Part shown: in pieces, positions 56,970-64,000 of the stretch
Layout of the letters: each line of letters starts with the position of its first letter
How positions within the stretch are numbered: position 1 is the stretch's first letter
DNA from: Miltoncostaeaceae bacterium
Lineage (GTDB): Bacteria > Actinomycetota > Thermoleophilia > Miltoncostaeales > Miltoncostaeaceae
Assembly: GCA_040219555.1 (NCBI GenBank)
Contig: JAVJSF010000013.1
Span: 55,507 to 119,506 of the forward strand
Direction of reading: 5' to 3'
DNA length: 64,000 nt
Notes under the pieces: generated by a model
Seen by the model: only the letters and a program-made list of their open reading frames with translations
What the model was told of the DNA's origin: nothing
Database searches by the model: none
Program-made: the position numbers and the translations under genes

Positions 56970-57524
56970 ATGAGGAAGTCCATCGCCATCGGCGCAATCG
57001 GTCTGGCGACGCTCGCCGGCGGGCTGGCCGGCTGCGGCGGAGACGACGACCCCGCCGCGGACACCGTCTCGGCCACGGCTCCGGCGACGGATCCGGCCAC
57101 CGCGCCGGCGCCCGGGGGCGATCAGGAGGCCGTCCGCGCGAGTGCGGCCGAGCGCTTCCTGACGGCGCTCGAGACGCACGGCGAGACCCTCGATGCGACG
57201 GGGTCCGACCTCAACGACGCGCTCGAGGCCGAGGATCGAACGCGCATCGCGGCGACCATCGCCGACTACGCCGCCGCCATCGCCGCCTACGACGCCGACG
57301 TGCGCGACATCGCCGTCCCGGCAGACGCCGAGGACGCCCACCGCCGGCTGCTGTCCGCCGACGAGGCCGCCATCGCCGCTGCGGCCGAGGTCGAGCGGGC
57401 CCTCGACGCCGGCGACGACGAGGCCACACTGGCCGCCCTGGCCGACTTCAACGAGGCGGACTCGGCCGCGATCGCGGCCTCCCGCGAGGTCCGCACACTG
57501 CTGGTGCGGTCCGACCCCTCCTAG
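56970..57524 (+). CDS. Hypothetical lipoprotein (Ala/Asp-rich)
   Basis: AGGAG 7 nt upstream of ATG 56970. Signal peptide plus lipobox MRKSIAIGAIGLATLAGGLAGCGG. Confidence 0.65.
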   Translation: MRKSIAIGAIGLATLAGGLAGCGGDDDPAADTVSATAPATDPATAPAPGGDQEAVRASAAERFLTALETHGETLDATGSDLNDALEAEDRTRIAATIADYAAAIAAYDADVRDIAVPADAEDAHRRLLSADEAAIAAAAEVERALDAGDDEATLAALADFNEADSAAIAASREVRTLLVRSDPS

Positions 57525-57561
57525 GTCCTCCGCGTCGGCTGCGGGTCGCCGCGCCGGCGGT

Positions 57562-58383
57562 TCAGCGATCCGTCTCCCGCGCGCGCAGCGGGCAGGACGC
57601 GCAGCGCGTCTCGTTGCCGGCCTCGGCCGCGAGGCGGGCCGAGGGGCTGCGGTATGCCAGGCAGCAGGTCCCGCGCACCACGCGGCACGCGGGATCGTCC
57701 ATGGCGGCCGTCACCCGCGGTCGCGGGGCGGGCACGCCGTCGCGCGGGTACTCCATCGCGTCCACCACGGCGCCCGCCGTCCGCCACAGGCGGGCGGCCT
57801 CGGCGCGGTGACCAGCGGCGAGGGCAACCGCCGCTCCGCTGTGCGCCGCGTCGGCCATCGCCCCGCGAAGCGTCCGCGGGGGAAGGGGGGACAGATCCGT
57901 CAGCGCGTCGACGACGGGCTCGATGCACCCGCGTGCCGCCAGGGCGAACCGCGACCGGACTTCGGCCAGGTCGTGGCAGGCGTGGGCCCCGGGGCAGCCG
58001 GCGCACCGGCCGTCCCCGCCCGCCGTCCACAGGGCCGCGGGCGCGAGGCCCGTGGCCTCCACCCAGCCGTCGGGGTGGCGGCGCACGTGCAGGCGCTCGG
58101 GCCCCAGGCAGGGGGCACGGCCGCAGCCGGTGATGAGGGCGACCCCCGGGCCCAGCACCGCCCCGGCCAGCCAGCCCATCAGGAACGAGGCGGCCACCGC
58201 GCGCGGCCGGCGCCCCACCGGGTCCGATGCGCAGACGACCTCCAGCCAGTGATCGAGCGCGGCGGGTGCGGTGCAACGCCACCACGGCTCGCCGCCGCCG
58301 GTGCCTGCCTCGAAGCACCACGGCGCCATCAGCGTCCCGGTCAGGCGGCTGCTCTCCTGCAGCAGGGCGACCGCGGTGCTCAT
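57562..58383 (-). CDS. FhuF-like (2Fe-2S)-binding protein, putative siderophore-iron reductase
   Basis: ATG 58383 (ATGA overlap with the ABC ATPase). C-terminal Cys cluster TCCLAYRS...RCASCPL resembles the FhuF C-terminus. Last gene of the siderophore uptake operon. Confidence 0.7.
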   Translation of the reverse strand: MSTAVALLQESSRLTGTLMAPWCFEAGTGGGEPWWRCTAPAALDHWLEVVCASDPVGRRPRAVAASFLMGWLAGAVLGPGVALITGCGRAPCLGPERLHVRRHPDGWVEATGLAPAALWTAGGDGRCAGCPGAHACHDLAEVRSRFALAARGCIEPVVDALTDLSPLPPRTLRGAMADAAHSGAAVALAAGHRAEAARLWRTAGAVVDAMEYPRDGVPAPRPRVTAAMDDPACRVVRGTCCLAYRSPSARLAAEAGNETRCASCPLRARETDR

Positions 58384-59195
58384 GCCGGTGCCGCCGCGCG
58401 TCCGACGGGGACGATCATGGGCGTCCCGGCCACCGGGTCGTCCACCACCCGCGCCTCCAGCGCGAAGGCGTCGCGGATCACCGCCGGGGTCATCACCTCG
58501 GCGGGCGCGCCGGCGGCCACCGCCCGGCCCGCGGCCATCACCACGATCCGGTCGGCGTAGCGCGCGGCCAGGTTCAGTTCGTGCAGCACCATCACCACCG
58601 TGGTCCCCCGGGTGCGGTTGAGCGCGCGCAGCAACTCCAGCACGTCGAGTTGATGGGTGAGGTCCAGGAAGCTGGTGGGCTCGTCCAGCATCAGGACCGC
58701 CGGATCCTGGGCCAGCGCCATCGCGATCCATGCGCGCTGGCGCTGGCCGCCCGACAGGGCGTCGACCCGTCGCCCGGTCAGGCCCGCGGTGCCCGTGGCC
58801 GCGAGGGCCTCGTGCACCGCCGCCTCGTCGGCCGCGCTCCAGCGACCGAGGGCGCCGCGGTGGGGATGGCGCCCGCGGGCCACCAGGTCGCCCACCGTGA
58901 TCCCCTCCGGCGCCCGCGGCTCCTGCGGCAGGAGTCCCAGGATGCGTGCCACCGACCGCGTGGGCAGCCGGTGGATGTCCGACCCGTCCAGGGTCACGCC
59001 CCCGCCGGCCGGCTTCAGCAGGCGGGCCAGCCCGCGCAGCAGGGTGGACTTGCCCGAGGCGTTCGCGCCCACGATGGCCGTGATCCGCGCCGGCGCCACC
59101 GCCAGATCCACCCCGTGCACCACCCGCACCCCGTCGTAGGCCAGGTGCAGGGCGGTGGCCTCAAGCCGGTGGCCGTGTGGCTCGCGGTCGCTCAT
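58380..59195 (-). CDS. Iron-siderophore ABC transporter ATP-binding protein (FepC/FecE-like)
   Basis: GANASGKSTLLRGL (Walker A), LLPQE (Q-loop), LSGGQRQRAWIA, VLMLDEPTSFLD, VLHELN. Confidence 0.9.
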   Translation of the reverse strand: MSDREPHGHRLEATALHLAYDGVRVVHGVDLAVAPARITAIVGANASGKSTLLRGLARLLKPAGGGVTLDGSDIHRLPTRSVARILGLLPQEPRAPEGITVGDLVARGRHPHRGALGRWSAADEAAVHEALAATGTAGLTGRRVDALSGGQRQRAWIAMALAQDPAVLMLDEPTSFLDLTHQLDVLELLRALNRTRGTTVVMVLHELNLAARYADRIVVMAAGRAVAAGAPAEVMTPAVIRDAFALEARVVDDPVAGTPMIVPVGRAAAPA

Positions 59196-60238
59196 GCGGT
59201 CCTCCCGCGTCGGTCGCCCGTGGCCAGAAGCCACAGAAGGTACGGGGCCCCGACGGCCCCGGTGATGACTCCGGCCGGTACCTGGATGTCGCCGGGCAGC
59301 AGGTGGCGCCCGGCCAGGTCCGCCGCGGCGACCACCACCGCGCCCACCAGCGCGGCCGGAGCCAGCGCCATGCCGCCGCCGGCGATGCGGCGGGCGATCG
59401 GCGCCGCCATGAATGCGACGAACGCCACCGGGCCCGCGGCGGCCACGCCGACTGCCGCCAGAGCGACGGCAATAGCGATGATGCCCGCGCGGGCCCGGTG
59501 GGCGTGGACGCCCAGACCGGTCGCGGCGTCGTCACCGAACTGGAGCACCCGCAGCGCCGGCGCACGCGTGAGGGCGATGGGGATCAGGACCGCGAGCGCG
59601 GCAGCCAGCACCACGATCTCGTCCCAGCGCGCCGACCCGACGCTCCCCACCAGCCAGACCCAGGCGGACTGGGCGTCGCGCACGTCCGCGCGCGTCAGCA
59701 TGTAGCCCAGCGCGGCCTGACCCATGAACGCCACCGCGATCCCGATCAGGACGAAGCGCTGCCCGGTGACCCCGTCGCGCCAGGCGAGCAGGTGGATGGC
59801 GGCAGCGGCGATCAGGGCTCCCGCCAGCGCGGCGCCGGACACCGCCAGGCCGCCCCAGCCCAGGACCAGCAGCCCGGTGACGGCGCCCACCGAGGCCCCT
59901 TGTGTGATCCCGATGATGTCCGGGCTGGCCAGTGGGTTGTCGAGCAGGGCCTGCATGAGCGCCCCCGCCAATCCCAGCGCGGCACCCACCAGGACGGCCA
60001 TCGCGACGCGCGGCAGGCGGACATCCAGCACCACGAACTGCTCGGCGCGCGAGCCGCCGCCCAGCAGCGTCTCCACCACGCCGGGTACGGCCAGGGGGTA
60101 GCCGCCCAGGCAGACGGCGGCGACCACGGTGGCGAGGGTGAGCCCCCCGAGCGCCGCCGTGGCCGTGGCGCGCCGGCGCCTCCCACCCGGCCCGACCGGG
60201 CGCACCGCGCCGTCGACGCCGGCGCCGCCCGGGCTCAC
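59192..60238 (-). CDS. FecCD-family iron-siderophore ABC permease
   Basis: GTG 60238 (GTGA overlap). VRLPRVAMAVLVGAALGLAGALMQALLDNPLASPDIIGITQGAS...GAPYLLWLL. Confidence 0.88.
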   Translation of the reverse strand: MSPGGAGVDGAVRPVGPGGRRRRATATAALGGLTLATVVAAVCLGGYPLAVPGVVETLLGGGSRAEQFVVLDVRLPRVAMAVLVGAALGLAGALMQALLDNPLASPDIIGITQGASVGAVTGLLVLGWGGLAVSGAALAGALIAAAAIHLLAWRDGVTGQRFVLIGIAVAFMGQAALGYMLTRADVRDAQSAWVWLVGSVGSARWDEIVVLAAALAVLIPIALTRAPALRVLQFGDDAATGLGVHAHRARAGIIAIAVALAAVGVAAAGPVAFVAFMAAPIARRIAGGGMALAPAALVGAVVVAAADLAGRHLLPGDIQVPAGVITGAVGAPYLLWLLATGDRRGRTA

Positions 60239-61320
60239 GCCCGGCTCCAGCGCCCGTGGCGGACCAGGGCGATCAGGGCCGGCGCGCCCAGGAACGCCAC
60301 CACCAGGCCCGCCTCGATCTCGGCGGGCCGCGCGATCACCCGTCCGAGCACGTCCGCAAGCACCAGCAGGATCGCCCCGAGAGGGATGCTGTAGGCCAGC
60401 ACCCAGCGCTCGTCGGGGCCGGTGATGCGCCGTGCGATGTGCGACACCACGAGGCCGACGAACACGATCGGGCCGGCCAGGGCGGTGGCCGCCCCGCAGA
60501 GGACGATCACCGCCAGGCCTGCGCCGGCGCGCACGCGCGCGGGGCGCAGCCCGAGGGCGCGCGCGGCGTCGTCGCCCAGGGCGAGGGTGTTCAGGGCGCC
60601 GCCCAGCAGCAGGGCCAGGACCGCCCCGGCCAGCAGCAGCGGGCCGAGCGCCAGCAGGGCGCCGGCCTCGCGCCCGGCCAGCGACCCGACCACCCACAGG
60701 CGGTATCGCTCCAGGGTCTCCAGATCGCGCAGCAGCACGACGCTGATGAGGGAGGTCGCGGCCGCCGTGACCGCGGCCCCCACCAGGGCGAGGCGCACCG
60801 GCACCTCGCCCTCGCGCCCGCGCGCGCCGATGGCGTAGACGAGCACCGCGGCGGCCGCGGCGCCTGCCATGGCGAACACGACGTAGCCCCCCGGCGCCGC
60901 CACGCCGAACCACGTGATGGCCACAACCACCGCCAGGGAGGCGCCGGCGTTGACGCCCAGCAGCCCGGGGTCGGCGATCGGATTCCGCGTCAGGGCCTGG
61001 GCCAGGGCGCCGGCGATTCCGAGGGCGGCACCCGCGGCCAGGCCCAGCAGCGTGCGCGGGGCCCGCAGCTCCCGCACCACCACGTGGTCGGTAAGGCCGG
61101 CCTCGGGCCACCACAGGGCCTGCCAGACGTCGCCGGGCCCGATGGAGCGGGCTCCCACGGCCAGCCCCAGCACCGCCGCCACGAGGACGGCGATGCCGAG
61201 TACGGCCAGCCCTGCCCACAGCGCCGCGACCGGCCGGCGCGCGGCGCGCGCGGATCCGCGGGGGCGGGCCGTCGCGCCGGTGGCGCCGGCCCCGACGGTG
61301 GCGGGCGGGGCGGTGCTCAC
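60235..61320 (-). CDS. FecCD-family iron-siderophore ABC permease
   Basis: LRAPRTLLGLAAGAALGIAGALAQALTRNPIADPGLLGVNAGAS...GAPALIAL. Confidence 0.88.
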   Translation of the reverse strand: MSTAPPATVGAGATGATARPRGSARAARRPVAALWAGLAVLGIAVLVAAVLGLAVGARSIGPGDVWQALWWPEAGLTDHVVVRELRAPRTLLGLAAGAALGIAGALAQALTRNPIADPGLLGVNAGASLAVVVAITWFGVAAPGGYVVFAMAGAAAAAVLVYAIGARGREGEVPVRLALVGAAVTAAATSLISVVLLRDLETLERYRLWVVGSLAGREAGALLALGPLLLAGAVLALLLGGALNTLALGDDAARALGLRPARVRAGAGLAVIVLCGAATALAGPIVFVGLVVSHIARRITGPDERWVLAYSIPLGAILLVLADVLGRVIARPAEIEAGLVVAFLGAPALIALVRHGRWSRA

Positions 61321-61323
61321 GCG

Positions 61324-62358
61324 CTAGGAGGCGTCGGCTGCCCGCGCCGCGCCCGAGAGCAACTCCACGTACTCGTCGAGTCCCCAGGTGAGCGACAGCG
61401 CCGTGGGCGGGGAGACCGCCGCGATGAATTCCGTGCCGACCACCTCGGCCACCGCGCCGCGGCGCACCTGATCCATGGTGCGCCCGTGCGCGGAGGAGAG
61501 GAACTCCCGCGATAGTTCCTCGCTGTCGGCGAAGCTCACCAGGATGTCGCTCTCGATCCCGTCGACCTCCTCCTGGGACAGGGTGTAGAAGAAGGTCGAG
61601 TCGCCGTTGGCCAGTTCCTCCACGCTCGGGTCGCTGACCAGGCCGAGCGCCTCGGTGGCCTCCACCCGGGCGTCGGCCGGGCGGTACACGTAGAACGTGC
61701 CGGCCGAGTCCCACACCATGGCCACGCTCTTGCCCTCGAGCTCGGGGTGCTCGGCGGCCTGGGCGGCCAGGCGCGCGTCGATGTCGGCCAGCAGGGCCTC
61801 GGCGTCGGCCTCCCGGCCGAGCGCGGTGCCGACGATGCGGATGGTCTCGCGCCATGGGGTGGCCCAGGCCTCCTCCGGATAGGCCACGGTGGGCGCGATC
61901 TCGCTCAGCAGGTCGTACTGCTCCCGGGTGACCCCCGAGTAGGGCGCCAGGATCAGGTCCGGCTCGGCCGCCGCGATCTCCTCGTACGGAGGCTCCTCGC
62001 CCGAGTCGGGCAGGACCGCCGGCATCGGGTCCCCGCTGCTGGTGAGCGCCTCGCGGATCCAGGGCAGCACGCCCTCCTCATCGCCCCCGTACGACTGGAA
62101 CGGGATCGCCACCGGCGTCACCCCGAGCGCGATGGCCGCGTCGGCGCTGGCCCAGCCCCACGCCACGACGCGCTCGGGCTCGCCCTCGATCACCGTCTCG
62201 CCGAAGGCGTGCGCGATCGTCACGGGGCCCGCGGTGCTCCCGGTGGCCGCGCCCGTGGCCGTTCCGGCCCCCTCGTCGTCCCCGCCGCACCCGGCGAGCA
62301 GTGTTCCCACCGCCAGCGCCGCGACCAGCGCGCCCCACCATGACCGTCTGCGCACCAT
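61324..62358 (-). CDS. Siderophore-binding ABC substrate-binding lipoprotein (FhuD/FepB-like)
   Basis: Lipobox LLAGCGG. ERVVAWGWASADAAIALGVTPVA, PDLILAPYSG. First gene of the permease/ATPase operon. Confidence 0.85.
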   Translation of the reverse strand: MVRRRSWWGALVAALAVGTLLAGCGGDDEGAGTATGAATGSTAGPVTIAHAFGETVIEGEPERVVAWGWASADAAIALGVTPVAIPFQSYGGDEEGVLPWIREALTSSGDPMPAVLPDSGEEPPYEEIAAAEPDLILAPYSGVTREQYDLLSEIAPTVAYPEEAWATPWRETIRIVGTALGREADAEALLADIDARLAAQAAEHPELEGKSVAMVWDSAGTFYVYRPADARVEATEALGLVSDPSVEELANGDSTFFYTLSQEEVDGIESDILVSFADSEELSREFLSSAHGRTMDQVRRGAVAEVVGTEFIAAVSPPTALSLTWGLDEYVELLSGAARAADAS

Positions 62359-62369
62359 CTGAGCACCCC

Positions 62370-62386
62370 CTTAGTCCAGGACTTAG
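62370..62386. promoter_or_regulatory. 17-bp near-perfect palindrome next to the RBS of the siderophore operon, candidate repressor operator
   Basis: CTTAGTCC-A-GGACTTAG (1 mismatch) lies 12-28 nt upstream of the SBP start codon and is followed by an AT-rich stretch (62400-62432). Confidence 0.4.
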
Positions 62387-62536
62387 GCGCGCCACACTAC
62401 ACAGATAAGGAAACGACCGCTAGAGAAATATGGCGGGTCGCGACGTCCATCCCGCGGGTGGCCCCGCGGCCGGCCATGCTGCGGCTCCGGGCCGCCCGAC
62501 GGAGTCCTCGAGCCGGGCCCCGGTCCTGCTGTGCCC

Positions 62537-62564
62537 GCCGCGACGCCGGCGCCGGCGTCGCGGC
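62537..62564 (-). terminator. Perfect 28-nt palindrome just downstream of the FAD oxidoreductase stop
   Basis: GCCGCGACGCCGGC/GCCGGCGTCGCGGC lies 4 nt beyond the stop codon on the minus strand. No U-tract. Confidence 0.45.
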
Positions 62565-62568
62565 CCGG

Positions 62569-63648
62569 TCAGATGCGGCCGGCGGGCAGGCGGGTGGGGG
62601 AGAAGGGCGCGGCGTCCAGCGAGTGCGAGGCGCCGTCCAGGATCATCTCGGCCACCATGCGCCCGGTCGCGGGCGCGTTGAGGATGCCCCACGAGGCATG
62701 GCCGGTGGCGATGTACGCGCCCGGGGCGTCGGGTACCGGGCCGATCAGGGGCACCCCGTCGACGGTCAGCGGGCGGTAGCAGGCCGATGTGCCCGCCAAC
62801 CGGGCCCGGCCGAGCCGGCTGGAGTGCAGGCCGGCCACCCGGTGCAGTTCGGCCACGGCATCCTCGGACGGGGCGATATGCGCCGGGTCGTCGGGGAGGG
62901 GTCCGTGCTCGGGGTGCCCGGAGACATAGACGGTCCCGTCGCTGCGCGGATAGATCTCGATCGTGCTCCGCTGCCCGGTGGCGGCGATGAACTCGCTGAA
63001 GACCGCCTGGGGCGGCGCCTCGGCCGACAGGACCACGCTGGCGCTCTTGGTGCCGAACACCTGCGGGAGGGCCAGCCAGCGCTGGGCCCGGTCGGTCCAC
63101 GGCCCGAGCGCCAGCACCACGACGTCGGCGGGGTGGGTGCGGCCGTCCACGACCACGCCGGCCACCGCGCCGCCGGGTCCCTTCAGGTCCAGGCCCTCCA
63201 CCACCCCGGTGACGCTCTGCGCGCCGGCGGCCACGGCCTCCTCCATCAGCGCTGTCGTGAACAGCCGCGGGGTCACCTGCGCGGTCGTCCCGGGTCCGCC
63301 GATCACCTCGTGGGCCACGGCGCGCCCGTCGAGCCACTCCGGGTTGGGCAGCCGCCGGTACCGCTCGAGGTCGCCCTCGTCGGCGGCCGCCGTCATCAGC
63401 GCGTCCATGTCCCGGTAGCCCAGGCGCTCGGCGCCGATGCTCGTCGCCAACTCGCGATGGAGGGCGAAGCTGGCGCGCGCCAGGTCGTCCAGGGGGTTGC
63501 CCGCGTTCCAGTCGAGGGCCAGGAAGCCTGCGGCGCGGCCCGATGCCGCGGCGGCCGGCCCGCCGCGGTCCACCACCAGAGGGGCGGCTCCGCGGCGCGT
63601 CAGGAAGTAGGCCACCGACGCGCCCACCGCCCCGGCGCCGCAGACCAC
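62569..63648 (-). CDS. FAD-dependent oxidoreductase (DAO/glycine oxidase-like family)
   Basis: Proposed GTG 63648, giving VVCGAGAVGASVAYFL (Rossmann GxGxxG); start uncertain. C-terminal ATGHASWGILNAPATG. Confidence 0.8.
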   Translation of the reverse strand: MVCGAGAVGASVAYFLTRRGAAPLVVDRGGPAAAASGRAAGFLALDWNAGNPLDDLARASFALHRELATSIGAERLGYRDMDALMTAAADEGDLERYRRLPNPEWLDGRAVAHEVIGGPGTTAQVTPRLFTTALMEEAVAAGAQSVTGVVEGLDLKGPGGAVAGVVVDGRTHPADVVVLALGPWTDRAQRWLALPQVFGTKSASVVLSAEAPPQAVFSEFIAATGQRSTIEIYPRSDGTVYVSGHPEHGPLPDDPAHIAPSEDAVAELHRVAGLHSSRLGRARLAGTSACYRPLTVDGVPLIGPVPDAPGAYIATGHASWGILNAPATGRMVAEMILDGASHSLDAAPFSPTRLPAGRI

Positions 63649-63692
63649 GATCCGTGGCGCCGCTTCCCGGGTGGTGCCGTGCCCGGCGGCGC

Positions 63693-64000
63693 TCAGGGCT
63701 GGACCGGCCCCTCGGCCGTGTCGGTGTCGGGGACGATGGCCTCGTCGCCCGGCTGCGAGGACGCGGCGCCCGTCGGCTCGGCCGAGGCCGTGCCCGCCGC
63801 GGCCGACGAGGCCTCGGGCTCGTAGCCATCGGTGGTGTAGGTCACCAGGGCGTCCCACATGATCCACTCGTCGATGCCCAGATCGCGCGCGGCCTCGATC
63901 TGCGCACGCACCTCCTCGGGCCCGTACTCCACGCCCAGGCTGAAGTCCTGCAACCACGGCACCAGGCGCGCGCCCGTGCCCTCGGTCTGCTCCTGGAAGT
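63693..64000 (-). CDS. 3' end of a gene that starts beyond the window; C-terminus resembles putative glycoside-hydrolase-like (DUF4015-type) proteins
   Basis: Frame is open from the window edge to TGA 63693-63695. ...LQDFSLGVEYGPEEVRAQIEAARDLGIDEWIMWDA... followed by a low-complexity tail. Family call is tentative. Confidence 0.45.
   Translation of the reverse strand, partial: FQEQTEGTGARLVPWLQDFSLGVEYGPEEVRAQIEAARDLGIDEWIMWDALVTYTTDGYEPEASSAAAGTASAEPTGAASSQPGDEAIVPDTDTAEGPVQP

Noticed and set aside
59192-61855. Single 887-aa ORF covering the permease region
   Set aside because: Only the last 348 codons look like a FecCD permease. Upstream, the real permease 1 is in another frame (60235-61320), so the long ORF is a read-through shadow.

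Overview
Very high-G+C chromosomal segment (above 70% by eye, not computed). Gene content points to an Actinomycetota-like genome. Most of the window is tightly packed housekeeping: purK-purE, thrS, uvrC-rapZ-yvcK, gap-pgk-tpiA-gpmI, rsgA, rlmH, trxC, argS, tRNA-Val and tRNA-Gly. About 60 CDS are called, and many are joined by ATGA/GTGA stop-start overlaps. The accessory modules are:
- a TetR-controlled MFS/aldo-keto reductase pair;
- three c-di-GMP enzymes, one of them GAF-GGDEF-HD-GYP;
- an HK/RR pair preceded by a proline-rich, poly-Asp membrane protein;
- a co-directional block of a SauUSI-type (PLD-helicase-DUF3427) type IV restriction homologue, an F420/LLM oxidoreductase, an internally deleted ABC-exporter remnant and an atypical Ser/Thr kinase;
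- a lower-GC nitroreductase/crotonase/CoA-ligase cluster;
- an orphan LuxR-TadE-TadE-TadG module whose TadG-like protein is fused to M15 peptidase and SLT lytic transglycosylase domains;
- an IscS/NifS-like protein lacking the PLP lysine, coupled to TusA;
- a 1131-aa RecB/Cas4-like nuclease-SF1B helicase;
- a siderophore ABC uptake operon with a FhuF-like reductase.
I found no CRISPR array, transposase, integrase or rRNA. A recurring sequence-level signal is a TANNNT -10-like hexamer 6-8 nt upstream of the start codon of at least 10 operon-leading genes, which suggests leaderless mRNAs. Every functional call comes from motif recognition by eye. No database search was run.
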